Shown here: positions 44,550 to 54,990 of the stretch, one piece after another
Numbering within the stretch: the first letter of the stretch is position 1
Layout: each line of letters begins with the position of its first letter
Origin: Candidatus Woesearchaeota archaeon
Lineage (GTDB): Archaea > Nanobdellota > Nanobdellia > Woesearchaeales > UBA10216
Assembly: GCA_002688315.1 (NCBI GenBank)
Contig: NZCN01000001.1
Coordinates: forward strand, 50,748 to 114,747
Reading direction: 5' to 3'
Length of the DNA stretch: 64,000 bases
The notes under the pieces: generated by a model
What the model was told of the DNA's origin: nothing
Database searches by the model: none
The model's input: only the letters and a program-made list of their open reading frames with translations
Translations under genes and position numbers: made by a program

Positions 44550-47189
44550 ATGGTGGAGTATTATACGTTAAGCGCTGATAAAGTTTTAGATGAATTAAAA
44601 ACTTCTATAAACGGACTTAGTGAGGAAGATGCTTCTAGGCGCCTTAATCATTATGGCTCTAATCAGTTGAAGGAAAGCAAAAAGATATCTCCTGTTAAAA
44701 TTTTTTTCTCACAGTTCAATAATTTTCTTATTTGGATTTTATTAATAGCAGTGGTTATTTCGGCAATTTTAGGAGATGTAGTGGAAGGCGTTGTCATATC
44801 TGTGATAATAATAATGAATGCTGTGATTGGCTTTATACAAGAATTCAAAACAGAGAAAGCAATAGAGTCCTTAAAGAAGCTTTCAGGTCTTAAAACAGAC
44901 GTTCTTAGAAACGGTGAGCGCAAGCAAATTGATGCAAAACAGATTGTTCCTGGCGACATATTGTTTCTTGAAACAGGAGATAAAGTTTCTGCTGACTGCA
45001 GGCTCATAGAAGAATCTAATTTTGAAACTCAGGAAAGCTCACTTACCGGAGAGTCAACGCCTGTTAAAAAGAATGTTGAAGCAATAAACGAAGCATCCAT
45101 AGCAGACCAAATCAATATGACTTTTTCAGGAACAATAGTCACTAAAGGCAGGGCAAAAGTAGTTGTTGTTAAGACAGGAATGCACACAGAAATAGGAAGG
45201 ATAGCAAAACTAATAGAAGAAGCAAAAGAAGAGCTCACACCTTTACAAAAAAAGCTTGACAAATTTGGAAAGCAAATTGGAATTTTAACTTTGATAATAG
45301 CGGCAATTGTTTTTACTGCTACTGTTCTGAGAGGAGAAAACATTCTTGAAATGTTTAAAACAGCAGTTAGCCTTGCTGTAGCAGCTATTCCAGAAGGCCT
45401 GCCAGCTGTTGTTGCTATGTCTTTGGCTTTAGGTGTTCAGCGAATGATAAAAAGGAATGCTTTGATAAGAAAATTGCCTTCTGTTGAGACACTTGGAAGC
45501 ACAACAATAATTGCAACTGATAAAACCGGAACTTTGACTCTGGACAAAATGACGGTGAAGAAGCTCTATGTAAATAGAAAAGTTGTTGAAATTGCTGGAG
45601 AAGGATATTCAACTGAAGAAAAACTAATGGCTGGGGAAGACCAGAAGCTTTTGCTGAGGATTGGATTGCTGTGCAATGATTCTTCACTTTCAAGCGTTGG
45701 AGTTTCAGGAGACCCAACAGAAGTTGCATTGCTTGTATCTGCAGCAAAAGCAGGCATGGAGAAAAAAAAGCTAGACACAAAATTTAGAAGAATTGATGAG
45801 ATTCCTTTTGATTCTGAAAGAAAACGAATGACTACGATCCATCAAGTCGGCGCTAAAAAGACAATGTACACAAAAGGAGCTCCTGATGTTGTGCTTAAAT
45901 TGTGCGATAGCATTCATTTGAATGGGAAAGTGAGAAAGTTAACAACTGCTGATAAGAAGAAAATCGAAAAAGCTAATGAAACTTTTGCTTCAAACGCTTT
46001 GAGAGTTCTTGGTTTTGCATACAAGCCAGTAAAAGGAAAATACACAGAAAAAAATCTGATATTTGTTGGACTGCAGGCAATGATTGACCCGCCAAGGCCT
46101 GAAGTAAAAACTGAAATTGAAAAATGTAATGCAGCTGGAATAAGAGTTATTATGATTACAGGAGATCACCACCTCACTGCATTAGCTATAGCAAACCAAA
46201 TTGGAATAAAAGGAAAAGCAATAACCGGAGCAGAACTTGACAGGATTAAAAATCTTGAACAGAAAATTGATGAGATAGGAATTTACGCCAGAGTGAGTCC
46301 TGAACATAAAATAAGAATAATTAGCGCCCTGAAAAAGAAACAACACGTTACAGCTATGACTGGCGATGGTGTTAACGATGCCCCTGCCTTAAAGAAAGCT
46401 GATATTGGAATTGCGATGGGCATTACTGGAACAGATGTGGCTAAGGAAGCATCAACAATGATTCTCACTGATGACAATTTCTCTTCTATTGTAAATACTA
46501 TTGAAGAAGGCCGTGGAATTTATGATAATATCAAAAAATTCATTTTCTCTTTATTATCAACTAATCTGGCAGAAGTAATGATAATATTCCTTGCAATTTT
46601 AGTAGGACTTAAGCTGCCTCTTCTTGCCATACAAATACTCTGGATTAACCTTATTACAGACGGCTTGCCGGCAATTGCATTGGGATTAGAGCCTATATCA
46701 AAAGATGCAATGAAGAAAAAACCAAGAAAACCAGGAGAAGGCATACTCACAAAAGAACTGATTATCAGATTGTTGCTAATGGCAAGTTTTGTTATTGTTG
46801 GAACGCTAGGGTTTTACATTTGGGCTCTTTATAGGCAAGGATGGTCTTGGGGGCAGGAGCTGCTAAGCAACAGCCCTGAATATATTTATGCAATAACAGT
46901 TACATTTACTGCATTAGTTCTGTTTGAAATGTTTACTGCCTTAACTGCAAAGTCTCCTGAGAAAAACATTTTCAAAATAGGGCTTTTTAACAACAAATTT
47001 TTGCTGCTTGCAATAGGCTCATCACTGCTGCTTCTGTTAGCAGTAATCTATACCCCGCTTAATGAACATTTCCATACAGTCCCTTTAGTATTGACTGATT
47101 TGGGAATAATAATAGCAGTAACATCCTCAATACTTTTATTTGACATGGTTTATAAGTTCTTTAGGAATAAAATAGCTTCACAAGCTTAA
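44550..47189 (+). CDS. P-type cation-transporting ATPase (P2, Ca2+-ATPase-like)
   Basis: DKTGTLT phosphorylation site, TGES, MITGDH, TGDGVNDAPALK, 10-TM layout. Confidence 0.9.
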   Translation: MVEYYTLSADKVLDELKTSINGLSEEDASRRLNHYGSNQLKESKKISPVKIFFSQFNNFLIWILLIAVVISAILGDVVEGVVISVIIIMNAVIGFIQEFKTEKAIESLKKLSGLKTDVLRNGERKQIDAKQIVPGDILFLETGDKVSADCRLIEESNFETQESSLTGESTPVKKNVEAINEASIADQINMTFSGTIVTKGRAKVVVVKTGMHTEIGRIAKLIEEAKEELTPLQKKLDKFGKQIGILTLIIAAIVFTATVLRGENILEMFKTAVSLAVAAIPEGLPAVVAMSLALGVQRMIKRNALIRKLPSVETLGSTTIIATDKTGTLTLDKMTVKKLYVNRKVVEIAGEGYSTEEKLMAGEDQKLLLRIGLLCNDSSLSSVGVSGDPTEVALLVSAAKAGMEKKKLDTKFRRIDEIPFDSERKRMTTIHQVGAKKTMYTKGAPDVVLKLCDSIHLNGKVRKLTTADKKKIEKANETFASNALRVLGFAYKPVKGKYTEKNLIFVGLQAMIDPPRPEVKTEIEKCNAAGIRVIMITGDHHLTALAIANQIGIKGKAITGAELDRIKNLEQKIDEIGIYARVSPEHKIRIISALKKKQHVTAMTGDGVNDAPALKKADIGIAMGITGTDVAKEASTMILTDDNFSSIVNTIEEGRGIYDNIKKFIFSLLSTNLAEVMIIFLAILVGLKLPLLAIQILWINLITDGLPAIALGLEPISKDAMKKKPRKPGEGILTKELIIRLLLMASFVIVGTLGFYIWALYRQGWSWGQELLSNSPEYIYAITVTFTALVLFEMFTALTAKSPEKNIFKIGLFNNKFLLLAIGSSLLLLLAVIYTPLNEHFHTVPLVLTDLGIIIAVTSSILLFDMVYKFFRNKIASQA

Positions 47190-47216
47190 TAAACAGCTTA
47201 ATAATCCTGTTTTCTT

Positions 47217-48899
47217 ATGAAAAACCAGTTTTATGCTGAGGTAATTGAAGCCATAAAAAAAGAAAAGTCTGATGACTTTACTAAGCTTAAGACAAAGCTA
47301 AGCAAAAAATATGGTATGAGCAAAATTCCCTCTAATATAGAAATATTTCTGAATAGCAGCGAAGAAGACTTAAAAAATCTTAAACTGGTTACAAAACCAA
47401 CACGCACATTATCCGGAGTTGCAACAATTTCAGTAATGACAAAGCCTGCTGGCTGTCCGCATGGCAAATGCACTTTCTGCCCTGGCGGGCCTGACAGCAT
47501 CTTTGGAAATGTGCCGCAGAGCTATACTGGAAAAGAACCAGCAACAATGCGCGCAATAAGAAACAATTTTGATGCTTACCTGCAAGTGTTTTCAAGGCTT
47601 GAGCAATATGCTGTTCTAGGCCAGGCTTTTGACAAAGTAGAACTGATAATACAAGGGGGGACATTTCCCAGCATGGATGCAAAATATCAAAACAAGTTTA
47701 TTGCAGATGCGTACAAAGCAATGAATGATTTTTCAGCTGAATTTTTTGTTGATGAAGAAATAGATTTGCCTAAATTCAAAGAATTTTTTGAACTGCCAGG
47801 AGATTTTAAGAATGAGGAAAGAACAAGAAACGTAAAAGAAAAAATATTGAAGCTTAAAGGTAAAAACAAAATCGAACTTTTGCAAGAGCAAAAAAGAAAC
47901 GAAACTGCAAAAATAAAATGCGTTGGCCTAACAGTTGAAACAAAGCCAGACTGGGCATTTCTTGAGCATGGCAACCAAATGCTTGAGTTAGGATGCACAC
48001 GAGTTGAATTAGGCATACAATCTGTTTACGAAGCTCCTTTAAAGCTGACTAACCGCGGCCATAGCATTGCAGATACAATTAAATCTATACAAATACTAAA
48101 AGATCTTGGGCTTAAAATTAACGCGCATTACATGCTAGGATTGCCTGGAGTTGACAGAGATAAAGAAGTAGAAGGATTGAAACAATTGTTTTCTGACCCA
48201 AACTTTAAACCAGACATGCTGAAGATTTACCCGCTTCTTGTGATGAAAGGAACTCCATTGTATCTTCAATGGAAACGCGGTCAATATAAGCCAATAACAA
48301 CTGCAGAAGCAGCTGAAATAATCTCAGAAGCAAAACGCTTTTTCCCAAAATGGGTTAGGGTGATGAGAGTCAACAGAGATATTCCGACTTATGTAACCTC
48401 TGCTGGAATTGATAAAACTAATTTGAGGCAGTATGTTAAAGAGTTGCAAGAAAAGAAAAATATTGTTTGCAATTGCATCAGATGCAGGGAAGTTGGACGA
48501 AACAAAACTTTTGAAAATGTTGAAATAACAATAGACGAATTTGAAGCTTCTAACGGAAAAGAATTTTTCATTGAAGCAGAAGACGTTAAAAATAATGTTT
48601 TGCTGGGATTCTGCAGGCTGCGCTTTCCCTCCCAACAATTGAGAAAAGAAATAACTGATAATACTGCTATGATAAGAGAATTGCATGTTTATGCTTCCTC
48701 TGTTGCTGTTGGAAACCTGCCAAAAGAAAAACAAGTGCAGCACCGAGGATATGGTAAGAAGCTTATGATGAAAGCAGAGGAAATAGCTAAAGAGCATGGC
48801 AAAGACAAGATGCTTGTAATCTCAGGAATCGGCGCAAAAGAATATTATAAAAAGCTAGGCTATGATTATGATGGTGTTTATATGGGGAAGAAACTATGA
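47217..48899 (+). CDS. elp3: Elp3-type radical SAM / GNAT tRNA U34 modification enzyme
   Basis: Radical SAM Cys cluster (GCPHGKCTFCPGG) plus a C-terminal GNAT (HRGYGKKLM). Confidence 0.9.
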   Translation: MKNQFYAEVIEAIKKEKSDDFTKLKTKLSKKYGMSKIPSNIEIFLNSSEEDLKNLKLVTKPTRTLSGVATISVMTKPAGCPHGKCTFCPGGPDSIFGNVPQSYTGKEPATMRAIRNNFDAYLQVFSRLEQYAVLGQAFDKVELIIQGGTFPSMDAKYQNKFIADAYKAMNDFSAEFFVDEEIDLPKFKEFFELPGDFKNEERTRNVKEKILKLKGKNKIELLQEQKRNETAKIKCVGLTVETKPDWAFLEHGNQMLELGCTRVELGIQSVYEAPLKLTNRGHSIADTIKSIQILKDLGLKINAHYMLGLPGVDRDKEVEGLKQLFSDPNFKPDMLKIYPLLVMKGTPLYLQWKRGQYKPITTAEAAEIISEAKRFFPKWVRVMRVNRDIPTYVTSAGIDKTNLRQYVKELQEKKNIVCNCIRCREVGRNKTFENVEITIDEFEASNGKEFFIEAEDVKNNVLLGFCRLRFPSQQLRKEITDNTAMIRELHVYASSVAVGNLPKEKQVQHRGYGKKLMMKAEEIAKEHGKDKMLVISGIGAKEYYKKLGYDYDGVYMGKKL

Positions 48900-49849
48900 A
48901 TCTAGAACCAATCCCAGAAGCAGAAAAAGTAAGTGCAAAGCCAGAGTTTGAAAAGCGATATAAGACTTTGCTTGGTGGTAGTTACGACGAGTTCATGAAG
49001 TATTCTTTGTCTTATATTACTAAAGGTATTCGTGTTAATACGTTGAAAACAAGTATAGCTGATGTTAAAAAAAGATTAGAACAGCAAAAGTTTACGCTAA
49101 AGCAAATACCCTGGTGCAAAGAAGGATTTTGGGTTAAAGGCGAGAGAACTGATTTGGGAAACTTGATTGAGCATTTTCTCGGTTATATTTACATACAGGA
49201 AGCAGCAAGCATGCTGCCTGCTACTGTTCTGCAGCCAAAGCCAGGAGAAATTGTTTTAGATATGTGCGGCAGTCCTGGAAGCAAAACAACACAAATGGCT
49301 TCACTGATGCAAAATAAAGGATTGATTGTTGTCAATGACATTAGTGGGGCAAGAATGAAGCCTTTAGGATTAAATTTGCAGCGCAACGGTATCTTAAACA
49401 CTGTTGTTACAATCATGTATGGCCAGCAGTTTGGAAGAAAAAACATTTTGTTTGACAAAGTTCTGGTGGATGCACCTTGTTCTGGTACTGGTACGATAAG
49501 AAGAAGTCCTGACACACTGAAAATGTGGAATTCTGGAATGATAAAACGGCTTTCAAGAACTCAAAAATCATTGATTGAAGCAGGATTTAATGCTTTGAAA
49601 AGTGGAGGAACACTTGTTTACAGCACTTGCAGTGTTGAACCAGAAGAAAACGAAGAAGTAATTGACTACTTACTGAACAAGTTTTCTAACGCATCCCTTG
49701 AAAAGATTGATTTGGACATTAAAAAGTCAAATCCAATATTAAAGTTTGAGAATAAAACGTACAGCGATGAAATAAAAAAATGCCTGCGCATCTGGCCGCA
49801 GGATAATAACACTGAAGGATTTTTTGTTGCTAAGATAAGGAAGAGATGA
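48896..49849 (+). CDS. NOL1/NOP2/Sun-family RNA m5C methyltransferase
   Basis: DMCGSPGSKT SAM motif, DAPCSGTG and YSTCS catalytic Cys motifs; 4-nt overlap with elp3. Confidence 0.85.
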   Translation: MNLEPIPEAEKVSAKPEFEKRYKTLLGGSYDEFMKYSLSYITKGIRVNTLKTSIADVKKRLEQQKFTLKQIPWCKEGFWVKGERTDLGNLIEHFLGYIYIQEAASMLPATVLQPKPGEIVLDMCGSPGSKTTQMASLMQNKGLIVVNDISGARMKPLGLNLQRNGILNTVVTIMYGQQFGRKNILFDKVLVDAPCSGTGTIRRSPDTLKMWNSGMIKRLSRTQKSLIEAGFNALKSGGTLVYSTCSVEPEENEEVIDYLLNKFSNASLEKIDLDIKKSNPILKFENKTYSDEIKKCLRIWPQDNNTEGFFVAKIRKR

Positions 49850-50530
49850 TTACTCTGCTTTGATTATGGCCTTTATCCCACGCTCGTTTATTGCGCAGCC
49901 GTCAAGCTTTAATCCCCATAGGATGCTTTCAAGCACTGTTTTTCTTGTTGTGGCTGGTGTTGTGTAGCGGTCAAGAAGTTTCTTTTCAAAAGCAATTGTA
50001 GCAAGCTCTGTTGAACGTATTATTTTGATGTTTACGGTTTTTCTTTTGAATTCTTCCAGCATTGGTTTGTTTATGCTTATTTTAGTGTGCAATTTTTTAG
50101 CCATTAATTTTGGGAGATGGAGTGGATGTTCAACTAGCTCGCGGGTAATGCGTTCGTCCATAACTAAAGCAGAAGCGTTTAACTGCTGAACTGTTACAAG
50201 CGAAGCTATCTCTGCATAATGCACTATGTTGAGATTTTTGCCGCGAGCACTGAAGCAACTGTTTGCAATGTTTAGCAGCGAAAGAGTTTCAGTTTTGGTA
50301 CTATCATCGTCAAAAACTTTTAGTGTGCCTTTAGTTATTAGTTCCTGAACTTGCAAAGCTTCAAACTTAAATTTCTTTGTTTGAAGAGGCTGGTCTATCA
50401 GCTCTGATTTTACAGATTCTGGAAGGTAAAATTGCCCTTTGAAAGCTTTGTTAAGCGGTTCAATAAGCCACAACAGATTATTCATGGTAAAGCTGATTAA
50501 CGGTCCTGAATCAAACACAAGAGTGTTCAT
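49850..50530 (-). CDS. PIN-domain-like protein (226 aa)
   Basis: LVFDSGPLI (first acidic residue), ESVKSEL, and VMDERITRE are spaced as in PIN nucleases. Confidence 0.5.
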   Translation of the reverse strand: MNTLVFDSGPLISFTMNNLLWLIEPLNKAFKGQFYLPESVKSELIDQPLQTKKFKFEALQVQELITKGTLKVFDDDSTKTETLSLLNIANSCFSARGKNLNIVHYAEIASLVTVQQLNASALVMDERITRELVEHPLHLPKLMAKKLHTKISINKPMLEEFKRKTVNIKIIRSTELATIAFEKKLLDRYTTPATTRKTVLESILWGLKLDGCAINERGIKAIIKAE

Positions 50531-51063
50531 TTGAAAATCCTCCTGGCTAATGCAAGGCGCTGCTCAGTTGGAACGCGCTCTGAAGACTGCTCTGCAATAT
50601 GTGTTTTGCCTAAATATCTTGTTAATTCCCATTGAGAAATTCCAAGAATGTTAGCTGTTCTGCCAATGGATATTCCGTGCTCACAGATGGCACATCCTTT
50701 TTTTACTTGTGCTTGCTCGATAACGTTCGACACAAATCTCTTAAGCTTGTAATCTTCAACTTTTATTGCGTTGAGCAAGCTTCTGATAATTGCCCTGTAC
50801 TTAGCATTATTGCCAGAGTGTAATGCTTTTAATGCGCTTTGCAAATGCGAAACTATGGCTTTTTTCCTTTGTGTTCGTTCAATAACTTTGGAAAGCGCGT
50901 AAATTGCTACGCTAATGCTTAGAGAATCCTCATCCTGAAATATTGAGGCATTGTGTATGTTTCCGTTGCTGAGCTCTTTAAGCTGGAAAGAATCGCTTTT
51001 TTTAATAGCATCCAAAGAACCATTTAGCAGTTTTATTATGTTGCTTCTTACTGTTTCGTTCAT
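50527..51063 (-). CDS. Helical protein with a C-terminal HTH (178 aa)
   Basis: GISIGRTANILGISQWELTRYLGK is HTH-like; 4-nt overlap with the PIN gene. Confidence 0.5.
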   Translation of the reverse strand: MNETVRSNIIKLLNGSLDAIKKSDSFQLKELSNGNIHNASIFQDEDSLSISVAIYALSKVIERTQRKKAIVSHLQSALKALHSGNNAKYRAIIRSLLNAIKVEDYKLKRFVSNVIEQAQVKKGCAICEHGISIGRTANILGISQWELTRYLGKTHIAEQSSERVPTEQRLALARRIFK

Positions 51064-51084
51064 ACCTTTCTTTTTAGAAATTGT

Positions 51085-52200
51085 TTATTTAATACTTTCT
51101 ACTGCTTCTTTCTTCCTTTTATAAGCAGCCAATTCTTCTGGATGTTGTGCAGCGTAAACACGCCTTGCAAGCTGGGGTTTAGTGACTATTCCGAGGCGTT
51201 TAGAAACTCCTATTGCTAAATCATATTCTAAATTGTTACGGCCATTTAGAGCGTCTATAGTTATTTTTTCCATTCTTTGCGTCTGAGATTCTGTGAGTGT
51301 ATCTAAAGCAGTTCCGTCCTCTCCTTCGAATAAAGAATCAAGTCCAAGTTCCATAGCTCGATATATTAATGCAAAATTGTTCGTTACGCCTAGCAGATAT
51401 TGTATTGTTCTTATTTTATAAGTAGCATTATTTTGAGACACCCCTGAAGCTTCAGCCACATACGAACTTATCTTTTTTGTCCTGTTTTTTATGTCTGCCA
51501 TTAATTCTACCACTCTCACTTGCTCACTATCCAGAATTTCTCGAATTTCTGTGCGGACATGCTGCATGTAAACATGAACTATTACTGCAAGTTGCGGATC
51601 CTCTAATAGATTCCCATTAAATGATAAGGTTCTTTTTAATTTTCTAATATGTATATCGATTGTTCCAGGGGTTATATCAATATTATTTGGTAAAAGGTAT
51701 GTCATTGTTGGAGGTTCACCAGACATTACTGTATCATGGTAGCTACGCATTAAGAGTCTGTCATCAAGATCAAGAGAATCAACAGATTTCTTTAGAGCTT
51801 CAAAATCATCCACAATAGTTTCAAGCTCAAACACCTCTTTGTTCAAAGCTAAATAAACTTGGCTGAATAAATCAGATTCTGGCAATTTTTCGTTTATTGA
51901 CTTTCTTGTGCTATTTGGACTCGCATGTAAATCTCCATCTCTCAAAGCTTGTGCAAGTCTGCTGGTAATTCCGTCAGAATAATCACTGCGTGCCACTATT
52001 TGGAGGAGTTTTATTTCCTCGTCAGCGAGATTCAGATTCAATCTATCCCTTCCTAGTATACGGCGTATATCTTTTGGAAATGCAGCTTCAAGAAGTCGGA
52101 ATATGGCTTTTAATTCGTTTAAACTCATCTCTAAGCCAAACCTTTCCAAAGGTTCGTCATCGTCTTCTGGAATTACATCTTGTGGATTATATGCCCGCAT
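51085..52200 (-). CDS. Orphan protein with three to four tandem LuxR/GerE-like (sigma-70 region-4-like) HTH repeats
   Basis: A repeated L..x..(6-10)...[ST]..T....I..[KL]L pattern, for example ITPGTIDIHIRKLKRTL and GVSQNNATYKIRTIQYLLGVTNNFALIYRAMELGL. Arg is at least as frequent as Lys. Confidence 0.5.
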   Translation of the reverse strand: MRAYNPQDVIPEDDDEPLERFGLEMSLNELKAIFRLLEAAFPKDIRRILGRDRLNLNLADEEIKLLQIVARSDYSDGITSRLAQALRDGDLHASPNSTRKSINEKLPESDLFSQVYLALNKEVFELETIVDDFEALKKSVDSLDLDDRLLMRSYHDTVMSGEPPTMTYLLPNNIDITPGTIDIHIRKLKRTLSFNGNLLEDPQLAVIVHVYMQHVRTEIREILDSEQVRVVELMADIKNRTKKISSYVAEASGVSQNNATYKIRTIQYLLGVTNNFALIYRAMELGLDSLFEGEDGTALDTLTESQTQRMEKITIDALNGRNNLEYDLAIGVSKRLGIVTKPQLARRVYAAQHPEELAAYKRKKEAVESIK

Positions 52201-52286
52201 ACAATTTAGTAACCTTTCTTCTTTTAAAAAGATTATTGAGTGAAAAACAAAAAGATTTTTATATGAAGATTTAGAAAGAATAAGTC

Positions 52287-52919
52287 ATGATTGATATTCT
52301 GCATAAATTTGTAGCCAAAGTTTTTAGAGATATTTTTAAAAAGAAAAAACACTTCAAACTAGGCTTGTACGGGCCGCCTAACTCTGGAAAAACAACTTTG
52401 GCTAACCGCGTTACAGAAGACTGGCTGGGCGAGAAAATGGGTAGTGTTAGCAAAATGCCTCACGAAACAAGAGAAATAGTTGTCAAAGAGCAAATAAACA
52501 TAAAATCCGGCAAGAAAGAATTGTCTTTCAATTTGATTGACACTCCTGGAATAGCCACTAAAATAGATTATGAAGATTTTGTGAAAGCAGGAATGAGCGT
52601 AAAGAAATCCAAAAAAAGAGCAAAAGAAGCTACAAAAGGCGTTGTTGACGCAATTAAATGGCTTGATGACGTGGATGTTGTTGTTATTGTTCTTGATGCA
52701 ACTCAAGACCCTTATTCGCAAGTTAATATTACCATAATAGGTAACATGCAGGCAAGAGACACTCCTGTTTTGGTAGTTGCCAATAAGGTTGATTTAAAGA
52801 AAGCAGACATTAAAAAAGTGCAAGCAGCTTTCCCGCAATACGATGTTGTCGGAATATCTGCAAAATACGGCAATAACATAGATGAATTTTATGAAGCCTT
52901 GTTTGCGGTTGTTGGATAA
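52287..52919 (+). CDS. Small GTPase (Era/EngB-like, archaeal)
   Basis: G1 GPPNSGKT, G3 DTPG, G4 NKVD, G5 SAK. Confidence 0.8.
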   Translation: MIDILHKFVAKVFRDIFKKKKHFKLGLYGPPNSGKTTLANRVTEDWLGEKMGSVSKMPHETREIVVKEQINIKSGKKELSFNLIDTPGIATKIDYEDFVKAGMSVKKSKKRAKEATKGVVDAIKWLDDVDVVVIVLDATQDPYSQVNITIIGNMQARDTPVLVVANKVDLKKADIKKVQAAFPQYDVVGISAKYGNNIDEFYEALFAVVG

Positions 52920-52921
52920 AA

Positions 52922-53308
52922 ATGCTAACTTTACAATTTATTCCATATTCAGATATTGAAAGTCTTACACTTGACCAAAAAATAAAGAAATTGTTGGGTG
53001 TTGTGAAGAATGAAAAGATAGTTGTCATGGAAGGCAGGCTAAAAAAAACAGAAGAAGCTGAACTTATTAAAGCAACAATGGAAAATATCAGCAACAAGTT
53101 TAAGGGAATAGAAATCTCAGTTGTTTACCCAGAAAATAAAACAGAAACTCTTGGCAAAAAACTCAAGAGTGGCTTAGCAGAGTTATTGCTTGGGGAAAGG
53201 CAAGGACTGACTGTGATAGGGCCTGCAACTCTTATAAAAGAGATAAAGAAAAACCCTGATAAAATTCAACTATTAACTGCTGAAAAAAAACGGAAGAGAA
53301 AGAAGTAA
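52922..53308 (+). CDS. DUF2073-like protein
   Basis: KIVVMEGRLKKTEEAELIKATME...FKGIEI pattern (memory-based); starts 2 nt after the GTPase stop. Confidence 0.5.
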   Translation: MLTLQFIPYSDIESLTLDQKIKKLLGVVKNEKIVVMEGRLKKTEEAELIKATMENISNKFKGIEISVVYPENKTETLGKKLKSGLAELLLGERQGLTVIGPATLIKEIKKNPDKIQLLTAEKKRKRKK

Positions 53309-53309
53309 T

Positions 53310-53687
53310 ATGCCTCACCAATGTGTTAAATGCAATACGTTCTATGAAGACGCGTCAGAAGAAATACTTAAAGGATGCAATTGTGGAGGAAAGCTTTTTT
53401 TCTATATCAAAAAAGAAAAGATACAGAAAGCCAAAAACGTTGTTATTAATCTGAGCGAGCAGGAAAAAGAACAAATTGAAGAAGATGTTTTTGACATAGT
53501 TGGGGCTGACAAAAAGAACGATCCTGTAGTCCTTGACATAGAAGCAATACGCGTTCAAAAGCCAGGCAAATACGAATTGGACTTGGTTACTTTGTTCAAA
53601 GGAGACCCTTTAGTCTATAAAGTTGGAGAAGGAAAATACATAGTGGACATCATAAGAAGCTTTGGAGAGCTTGAGAAGAAAGAATAA
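53310..53687 (+). CDS. Zn-ribbon protein (DUF2072/COG3364-like)
   Basis: MPHQCVKCNTFY...CNCGG zinc ribbon; starts 1 nt after the upstream stop. Confidence 0.55.
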   Translation: MPHQCVKCNTFYEDASEEILKGCNCGGKLFFYIKKEKIQKAKNVVINLSEQEKEQIEEDVFDIVGADKKNDPVVLDIEAIRVQKPGKYELDLVTLFKGDPLVYKVGEGKYIVDIIRSFGELEKKE

Positions 53688-53690
53688 AAG

Positions 53691-54890
53691 TTATTTTCTG
53701 CTTATGATTTCTATTACGTCTCTGTTTTTTAGAACATACTCTTTTCCTATTGTCTTTTTTGTTTTCACGTCAATTGCTCTGATAAAGCCTTTTCCAAAAT
53801 CTGTGTGAAGCTTAAAGGCAAAATCCAAAGCTGTTGAATTCTCAGGCATTAACATGCAGTCAGGAAGTACATTTCCATGCTGGTCTGCTAGTTTGTTAAC
53901 ACCGCCTGGAAATACAACAATGTATTTCAACAATTCGAAAACAGCTTTGTTAAGGCATTCCTGAACACCTGTACTCTCATATTTTTTAAAAACGTTTTCG
54001 TCAATAAATGAAAGAGCTTTTTTTTGCTGTGGTGATAGCTTATCGCTCTTCAATATTTCAAAACTGTTGCTGCCAGGAACATATTTTATCAATTCTTCTT
54101 TAGCAGCTTCTTTTAACGCAAGCTCTGATTCTGCACTGCACGGAATTATCATGTAATCAGAAAATTGTTCCTGTAATTTTTTTATATTAGCAGAAGAAGT
54201 TTCCATGTCTGCTTTGTTAGCAGCTATGATTATTGGTTTTGTTGTTTTTCTTAATTCAATCGCAAAACTCTTCAAATTTTCTTCTGACCATTTTGTTGGA
54301 TTTTCAGGATCTAAACTAAGTTTTGAAATTATAGCCTTAACTATCTCTGGAGTTGCGTTCAACCCTGAAAACTGGTTTGCAATAGCTTCCTCAACTTTAT
54401 GGTGCTCCATGTAAATTTGTTTTGCAAATCTTTCCCAAGGCTTTTTCAGAATGCCAAGATACCACATATCCAATTCTGTTTCCAAGAATTTCACGTCTTC
54501 TGCTGGATCATGACTACCAGCATCAACAGATCTTCCTTGCTCATCAGTGCTGCCTGAAGCGTCTATTACATGTATTAACGCATTGGCTTGCCTTAAATCA
54601 TCGAGAAACTGGTTTCCCATTCCTTTCCCAGAATGAGCTCCTGCAACTAATCCTGCAACATCCAACAGCTCAACAGGAACAAAGCGATTTCCATCCATGC
54701 AGAACCCTTCTCTTGGATTGCAATTAGTGTTAAAATCCTTTTCAACACATTCAACTTTCAAATAACCTGCTCCGCGATTAGGCTTAATTGTGGTGAATGG
54801 ATAAGAAGCTATCTCTACCTCTGCCAAGGTCATTGCCTTGAAAAAAGTACTTTTGCCTGCAGAAGGCTTTCCAACAAGTCCAATTAACAT
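53691..54890 (-). CDS. ychF: YchF/OLA1-family GTPase/ATPase with a TGS domain
   Basis: G1 [19 protein letters not shown], and a C-terminal TGS ([26 protein letters not shown]). Confidence 0.85.
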   Translation of the reverse strand: MLIGLVGKPSAGKSTFFKAMTLAEVEIASYPFTTIKPNRGAGYLKVECVEKDFNTNCNPREGFCMDGNRFVPVELLDVAGLVAGAHSGKGMGNQFLDDLRQANALIHVIDASGSTDEQGRSVDAGSHDPAEDVKFLETELDMWYLGILKKPWERFAKQIYMEHHKVEEAIANQFSGLNATPEIVKAIISKLSLDPENPTKWSEENLKSFAIELRKTTKPIIIAANKADMETSSANIKKLQEQFSDYMIIPCSAESELALKEAAKEELIKYVPGSNSFEILKSDKLSPQQKKALSFIDENVFKKYESTGVQECLNKAVFELLKYIVVFPGGVNKLADQHGNVLPDCMLMPENSTALDFAFKLHTDFGKGFIRAIDVKTKKTIGKEYVLKNRDVIEIISRK

Positions 54891-54990
54891 GCTATTATGA
54901 AACTTTGGTGCTTTTTTAATACTTTATTGTTGCTATGCGCTTTTTCCGAAAAAAATATAAACAATCCAAGAATTCACTATTGTGAAGAAA

